A stretch of 63,432 nucleotides of DNA, filler included, from Reclinomonas americana ATCC 50394 (taxonomy: Eukaryota), in assembly GCA_048213135.1 (NCBI GenBank). It is 5 parts of 3 records of this genome, joined end to end, with 100 filler letters (N's around TTAATTAATTAA, not from the genome) between each part and the next. Parts side by side here need not be neighbours in the genome. Positions count along the whole stretch, not along the records: positions 56,251 to 61,226 come from PS015608.1; positions 61,327 to 63,432 come from PS015609.1; 3 more parts are not named here. The stretch is one strand, 5' to 3'. Numbering within the stretch: position 1 is the first letter of the stretch; every line of letters starts with the position of its first letter. Both the position numbers and the translations under genes were made by a program. The notes under the pieces were generated by a model. The model did no database searches. It had not been told where the DNA came from and saw only the letters and a list, made by a program, of their open reading frames with translations. Shown here piece by piece: positions 56,328 through 63,432 of the stretch.

Positions 56328-59300
56328 GCGAGTTGCAACTATTCGAGACGCATGCACGATTCGGCTCAGTGGCGGCGTTTGCCTACAATCGGCGACGACA
56401 GATCATGGCGGTGGCCGAGCGCGGCACCAATCCCAGCATCTATCTGTACTCGTATCCGGAACATGAGTTGCTCGGCAACATTTCAGGTGAGTCGAGTAGT
56501 GGACAAGGGGATGATGAGACTGAAGTGACGGTTGCGTATCACCACATTTGTCAGACCGCTTTCTCGATTGTTTTCTTCTTCCACCTCTCACTGCTGCGAA
56601 TTCACGCAGAGGAGGAGTTTACTTTTCTTTTTCAGCCTCTGCTCTCTGTTTGCTGTGTATCTCCTCTGCAGTTCGTCTCCCCTTTTTTTCCCGCGTGTTT
56701 CACTCGCAGTCGGTTGCCTCTTTCCCGTTCTTTCCTGCTCCCTTTCTTGTGCTACATTCTTGCGCCGCTGTCAGTCGCTCACAGGCTCATTCGAGCACGG
56801 GCTTTCACTCGGCGCGTAGTAGTTTCTCTGCTACATTTTTCGCTGTCCCCCCTTCGCCTTTCATCCTTTTCTCACTCCCCTTTCTCCCTTTCCCTGTTCC
56901 CTTCCCACAGAAATCTGCGAGCTGGAGGTCCAGGCGCTAGACTTTAGCCGCGACGGCACCCGCCTGGCCATTCTCACCGGCGTCCCCGACTTCCGCCTGG
57001 TGGTGTGGGACTTGAACACCAACACACATCTGTGCGAAGCATCCACCGAATCGGCGCCGCCACACATGGTGCGCTTCAATCCTCTCAACGATCGGCAGCT
57101 GGTGACCATCAGCACGAGCTTTGTGCACTTTTGGACGGTGGAGTCGGTGTTGGATAACTTCCAGCTCATCAAGCGGTGCGTGAGGGCGCCCCTTCATCGT
57201 CCCCTCTCCTCTCCCCTCCTTCTGCTCACATTTCCCCGCAGTGAGGCCGACGTGTTCGACTATGGTGGCGGTCGACTGACCTTCCACTCGGCCACATGGA
57301 ATGCACGCAACGAGGTGTACGTGGGATGCGTGGAGGGACAGTTGCTGCTGTTCCCGGCGGACTCGGAGGAGGGCCACGTGGTGGTGGATGCCGACGGACA
57401 CGATCAGGCCGGCATCAGCTCGGTGATGTTGACGTCAAAGCACATTATCACGGCCGGCAAGGACGGCTACTTGCGCTTCTTCGACATTGAGAATCACTCG
57501 CTGGCCAAGACGGTACGCACTTGGGCCGTGTTGTTGGCCTGCTGCACCAGAAATGCTCATCGGATGCGTGCAGGTTCCCGTGTCGGCATCTTCGGGTGGA
57601 AAACTGTCGCGTGCGGTCATCCTCGGCGACTACTCGGGCGTGGTGTGCACCGCCACCGATGGTGCGGTGTACCTGTTCTCGCTGCCGCCGGACTATTCCA
57701 TGGACAGCGGTTTCGATCCGATGTTGTCGTGGGAGGAGGATCCGGTCAAGGTGTGTTTCGTCCCTGACCACTTTCTTTCCTTGGTGCCCTTCGCTGTGAA
57801 TGTCGGAAACTTTGTTTCTCGTCCATTTGGTGCTTGTCTCCTGCATGCCGTGCTTTTGCGCTCGTCTGTGTTGCTTGTTGCCTTTCTCTTCTTCTTCGTT
57901 TCCTTCCGATGTCTCCTTCTCTGTGAATGTCAGGTCATGTCGATCGTGTGATTCTTGTTCATTTATTCTGTCTTGGTGCGCTCGTCATAGTTGCTCGTCA
58001 TCTTCTCTCTTTCCCTCCGTTTCCTGTATGACATCATTGTGTGTTTCCGTTCCGCTGTAGTGCTTGTTTCCCACATCCTGTCCCGGTAAGCTCTTTTATG
58101 TTGCTTTCGTTTTTTCTTTCTTCCTCCCCCCTCCTCCTCTTCTGTTCGTGAACTTGCTTCTTGTTGTTCCTTCCTCCCTCTTCCCTTTCCCCTTTTCCCC
58201 CCTCCTCTTCCTCCTCGTCCCCATTTCTCCTCTTTCCCCTCTTTCCCCTCTTCCCTTCTCCTGTCTTCCCCTCCCTCACTCCCTCTCTCTTCAGTTGCAA
58301 CAATACCACCACGGTGCCGTGCGCGCATGTGCCTGCGTTCCCGGCAAGACGGTGCTGGTCAGTGCCGGTGAAGACGGGTGTGTGTACGGCTACGACTACG
58401 AAGCCGGCGAGCTGGTGTTGCGCCTGTCCATGCGCGCGCACAATTCGGCCACGGGAGCAGCGTCGGCTGCGAGCAAGCAGCGCGATCATCTGACCGCGCT
58501 GGCCGTCTCCGACTCGGCCTCGAATCCCGCCCTTGTTGGTGCGTCTCTCTTGTTTCATGGTCACTTGCGTTGCGTTGTTGCTTACCGTTTTCCGCGCCAG
58601 GTCGCCTGCTGGCTGTGGGCAATCACGGTGGCGTCGTGCGCATTCTCGACATTGAGAACATTCGCGAGCCCGTGCAGCTGCTGCGCGAGACGCTGGCGGA
58701 GGGTTCCTCGCCCATTATTCATGTTTCGTGAGACCATCTGCACGCCGCTGTCTCTTTTTTGGTTGCTCACACTTTCTGACGGCAAACAGGTGTCGTTCGA
58801 CCCGCAAGGCCAGTACCTGTGTGCGCTGACGCTGAGCGGCGTTGTCCAGTTCTGGGAGGCGTCGGCGTCGACTGGTGGCTCGCGCAAGATCTCCCCCGTG
58901 TGTGTCAGCAACTTTGAGCAGCCACTGGCTGGCGCATGCTGGATGGGTGCGCAGCACGGTGCCAAGTTGATGGTGGCCGGCAACACGGGAGAAATCTACC
59001 TGGTGTGTTTCCTCCTACTAGCACGACTCGGTGTGCATTGAGGGATTGCACTGCTCACTCTCGTGTCTCCGCTCAGGCTCGTCCCACGTCCAACTCGGCA
59101 CGCACCGTCAAGCGACAAACTGCACTGCAGTTGCCGTACGGCGACGTCACGGAGACAGCGTGGCGACTCGACTTCCCCGCCGACGCCATTGCGTGCACCG
59201 AGTTGCGCACCTGCTGCGCGTCACCCATTGTCCCACCTCACATGTTGCTCACGTTGCGATCTCAGTGGTTCGTATCACGTGGTGGCGTTGACTGTGGACA

Positions 59301-61173
59301 AGAAACTGCGCGCGTACAAGCTGCCGACGCCGGAGGAGAATGAGGACCCCGACCAGGATCTAAACTCCATCTCTGACGTTTCGTTGCTCATGTCAAGCAC
59401 TAACATTTTTTGATCGTATTTATGACACCGTCCATGCGCACATGTAGATCCCTGTGCACGACAAGCGTGGCTTCTCGCTCGTGCACAGCTCTGCCTACAA
59501 CTACATTGCGTCGGCGGGTTCGGACGGCGCTCTGGCGATTGCCACACTCGCTTTTACCAACGACAGCGAGTGCTTGAGTGTGCCCACTCATGATCCTTTC
59601 TCTGGAGGTTTGTGCTCCCCTCTCCCCGCTTCGGTTCATGGCTCCCATCTCCTCACTGCGGTGTCTATGTTGTCGCACACAGGCATCGCGTGCGCGTGCA
59701 CTGGAGAGGGTGGCAAGTACATTTTCACTGCCGGTCGTGACGGCCTCTTGTGTGGCTTCTCCCTGGATCGCTCGTCCTCGAGTGAGATTCGCGTGCCAGT
59801 GGTGTCGACGGCCACGCACGTGGAGATGGCACCGGCTGTGGAGTATGCCGAGGCCGGTGGCGACGAGGAGGCCATCCCCAACGAGGAGCGTGACCAGGTC
59901 GACCAGTTCCACCGTGACATTCACAATCGCATCCGTGCCATCAAAGTCGCACTCAACAGTCTGCTCGATGAGAACGAGGATGCGCCGGATCTCGAGAAGC
60001 TGGAGCGCGAGGAGTTTTTGGTCGACGAGGAATTCAAGTTGCGTGGAGAGAAATAGAACAGCTGCTGTTTGCGGCGTTGTTCGTTGGCGACTCATTCTTT
60101 GTGCGCGCAGGGAGATTTTGTTGAAGGAGGGCGCCGAAGAGGTGGATCGTGTGCGCGATGAGATTCACTTTAACAATCTCGCCAAGGACTTCCTCGCCGA
60201 CAAGATCAAGAAGGAGTGCTGGGACACGATGGATGCGCACTTTGGTGTGTTGAAGGGTCTCGGAAATGCCGATGAGGTACGCGTGAGTGTGTGTGCGCGC
60301 AAGGCGCCTGCCTGTTCCACATGCTCATCCATCTTCCAGGTGTACAACTTCGCGTTGCCGAAGCAGCCGGAGAGCGAGCTGGCCATGACGCGGCGAGTGA
60401 TCAACCTGCGCAAGGTGGAACTGCTGAACTTTGCCCATCTGAAGGAGCGCAGCATTGTGGAGAACTTGGTCGTCAAGGAGGGCGGTGCCTCAGGTTCGGG
60501 CACCACGGCAGCCGCACCGCCGCCTCCGCCTCCAGTGCATGCGGCAGCTGGCGAGTCGGCGGCCAACAGCGTTGTCGGCGACGAAGACGAGAGTGTCGAG
60601 GGTGAGCTCGGAGTGTGTGTTTGTGTGCGCGCTGCCTTTTGTTCAACATGTGCTCATCCAACTCATGTAGGGTACCGCGAGGAGGACCTGGTGCGTGGCG
60701 AGTTCGACCCGCACGACGAGGCGCACCTGTTGTACTCGCCACTCGAGCTGTACACGCGTGGTCGTCGTGTGACCCAAATCCATCTCCTCAAGTGGAAGAT
60801 TCGGCAGCTGAAGACCTCGTTCAACGAGCGCTTCGCCGCCATGCTCGAGGAGAAGAAGGTGGAGATTGGCAAGATCGAAGAGCGCAACAAGCGCATCCGC
60901 GAAATCAACGAGGAACTGAGGGTTGCGGAGACGCTGTCGGATCCGGCCCTGGAGCCACGTGAGCAGCCGCACCTCATTCTGAAGGTGAGAAACGAGCTGG
61001 CATCGCCCTTTTTTTGTTGTGGAGTGTGCGTTTGTTGCTGACGAGGCCGTGCGCAGGTGACCGACTCGGAGATTCCGTTCCCGCCGTTCGTGTCGCCCGA
61101 GGAGCAGGCGCGTCGCGACGAGCTGAAGCGACAGGAGGAGGAGCGCCTCGCCGCCGAGCGCGGTGACAAGGAG
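56328..61173 (+). CDS. CFAP43: Cilia- and flagella-associated protein 43 (WDR96), partial at both ends
   Basis: PSIYLYSYP, LDFSRDGTRLA...PDFRLVVWD, FNPLNDRQL; C-terminal ENEDAPDLEKLEREEF, NLAKDFLADKIKKECWDTM, LLYSPLEL...TQIHLL. Confidence 0.9.
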
Positions 61174-61659
61174 GTGCGCGAGTCGACAAGAATGTTGCTG
61201 TTTTTTGTCATTCGTGTCTCACCCGTNNNNNNNNNNNNNNNNNNNNNNNNNNNNNNNNNNNNNNNNNNNNTTAATTAATTAANNNNNNNNNNNNNNNNNN
61301 NNNNNNNNNNNNNNNNNNNNNNNNNNGGGGGAAGGAGAAGGGGGAAGGAGAAAGGGGAAGGAGAAGGGGGAGGGGCAAAGGGGGAGGAGTGGGATGGAGG
61401 GGAGGGGTGATGGTGAGAAGAGTGGAAGGGAGACGTCAAGGGTTGAATGGAGATGAGGGGAGTGGAATGAGGTCAGAGGAGTGGAAGGGAGATGAGAAGA
61501 GGGGAAGGGAGATGCGACGGAGGGAAGGTGCAAAGCACACGGAGTGGCAAGGAACGGAGACGGAGAGAGAGAGGATAGCTGCACCAAGGATGGAGAAGGA
61601 TGCAGAGGATGTGCTGAAGAGAGCTGCTCGACGGATTGTTCTGGAAGACAACAACTCAC

Positions 61660-63086
61660 CGTCTCATCAAAGTCCTCCTGACACACAGCACACCGCGGAT
61701 CCAACTCGCCCAGCGATCTCGCCGCACGGAGTGACACCACTGGCACCTTCCCCAGATCCTCGTCGCTCAGACCGCGCCTCGTAATACCAGCGTCCAGCTC
61801 CAACATGCGCTCATACGACGACAGGAAGCCGCCTCCGGCACCACCACCGAACCCCAGAAGATCGTCGTCGTCATCGCCAAAGAGGCCAGCGTCGCCGCGA
61901 ATGGCCAGTGCTGCAGAATAGGGAAAGAGTGAGGGAAGGGGAAGGAAGGGGAAGAGAGAAGGAGAAGGAAGTGAGCAGGGGACAGGAAAAGCGAGAGAGA
62001 TGGGAACAGAGAGAGAGAGGCTGGAGAGAGGCTGGAGAGAAGGTGAGCAGGAGAGCATGGGTGTAGAAGAGACAGCAACTGGAGACAGATAGAACAGCAG
62101 AGTAGGAGAGCAGGAGAAGATGGGCGGTGTCAGGAAGAGGCCGAGGAGAATATAGCGTGAGAACAGATAGGAAGAGGCTGGAGAGAGGGAGCAAGTGTTC
62201 AGAAGGGTCAGGAAATAGGGAGAAGGAGAGCACGATTAATAGGAGAAAAGAGCAGGAGAACAGAAGAGGAGAGCATGAGAGAGGCTGGAGGGTATGTGCA
62301 TAGGAGAGCAGGAGAGCAGGAGACGATGGGCGGTATCAGGAGGAAGAGGCAGAGGAGAGAGAACAGTGAAAAGGATCGCAGGAGAGAGGCGAAAGGGAAT
62401 GAGTAGGAGAGCAGGAGAGGAAGAGAAGGGTCAGGAAACAGGGAGAAGGGGAGTGCACGAGAACAGAAGAAAAGAGCAGAAGAACAGAAGAGGAGAGCAT
62501 GAAGGAAGGCAGGAGAGAGACTGAAGGGAAGATGAGCAAGAGAGCAGGAGAGGAAGGAATGATGCACAAGAGAAATGAGCAGCAAAAAGGAGGAGAAGCG
62601 ACCAGGAGTGCAGGAGAGGAGAGAGGAGTCAGGAAAGGGGGAACAGTACATGGTAACAGATGAGGAGAGCAGGAGAGAGAGGCCGGAGGGACGGTGGGCA
62701 ACGGATTAGGGCCAAGAGACAAAACGCAAGAGATAAGGATCAAGAAGAAGAGCAGGAGAGCATGAGAGGGAAAGGGAGACAGAGAGCAGGCGAGAAGGAT
62801 CAGGAAAGAGGCTGAGAGAACAGCAGAGGAAGAGAAGTGATCAGGTCGAACAATGACGTTGCACGCGTAAATGGATCACAATCAACACAGTGATTGGCGA
62901 TGAGAGAGTGAGAAAGAGTGAGAGGGGAGGAGAGGCTGTGTGAGCAAGTGTGTGTGAGTGTGTGAGCGTCAGTGTGACTAAAGGTGTTGAAAACCGTGAT
63001 TGTGCCTCTGTTTCTCTCTCTCTGTGTGTGCATGTGTGTGTGTGTGTGTGCGTGTGTGTGTGTGCATGTGCGTGTGTGTGTATATA

Positions 63087-63139
<53 letters not shown>

Positions 63140-63432
63140 GTGTGTCCAATCAGCGTGCGAGAACACAATAGCAACGATCATTCCTCTTCTCCCCCCTCTC
63201 TCCCCTCTTCCGCGCTTCCATGTCAACTTGGCGCAACTCAAAGCCAACAAATCCACCAGCCGCATCACCGGCGACAATGACGATGACGACGACAGCGCAG
63301 ACGGTGCACCTCCATTTCCACTCAGCCGAACAACCAGCACTGGGCGACCTCCTCCTCCTCCTCCTCCCAAGGCACCACTGAGCGGAGGATCATCACCGCG
63401 GACCATACGCAGAGACATGCCTCCTCCGCTGC
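61660..63432 (-). CDS. RING-H2 E3 ubiquitin ligase, partial
   Basis: SYERMLELDAGITRRGLS...VPVV...CAVCQEDFDE, the usual pre-RING and first RING segment; Gly/Ser-rich upstream exon near 63245-63432. Confidence 0.8.
63010..63135. repeat. Compound (CT)n/(TG)n/(TA)n microsatellite in an intron
   Basis: Directly visible dinucleotide runs. Confidence 0.95.

Overview
Gene-dense, GC-rich eukaryotic nuclear DNA from a draft assembly. It has many N gaps and four artificial N-TTAATTAATTAA-N contig linkers, so neighbourhood across those joins is unreliable. The organism looks like a flagellated aerobic protist (CFAP43, CCDC113, tectonic; mitochondrial IF1 and uL30) using the standard code. Genes are split by very many short (mostly 55-90 nt) spliceosomal introns, so the ORF track shows only fragments. 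All gene models were spliced by hand and named from remembered family motifs; no database search was run. Genes called: a giant MSP/ASH-like coiled-coil protein, mitochondrial uL30, F-box/LRR, ankyrin protein, IF1, OLA1, CCDC113, RPA43, a cytochrome P450, tectonic, an MFS transporter, XPR1/SYG1, inositol monophosphatase, a Crinkler-like NTPase-nuclease, a WD40 protein, CFAP43 and a RING E3. Main observations: (1) an abundant second class of 5' splice site, GTTGCG, with G at +6 instead of +5 and usually no exonic -1 G (28 traced examples); (2) a Crinkler-type P-loop NTPase/PD-(D/E)xK nuclease/HhH protein whose first exons encode a mitochondrial-type presequence; (3) a possible 44-nt intron that would fuse SPX-EXS to the downstream MFS; (4) an optional mitochondrial N-terminal extension on OLA1; (5) a non-coding hairpin-bearing tandem array of about 50-bp units.
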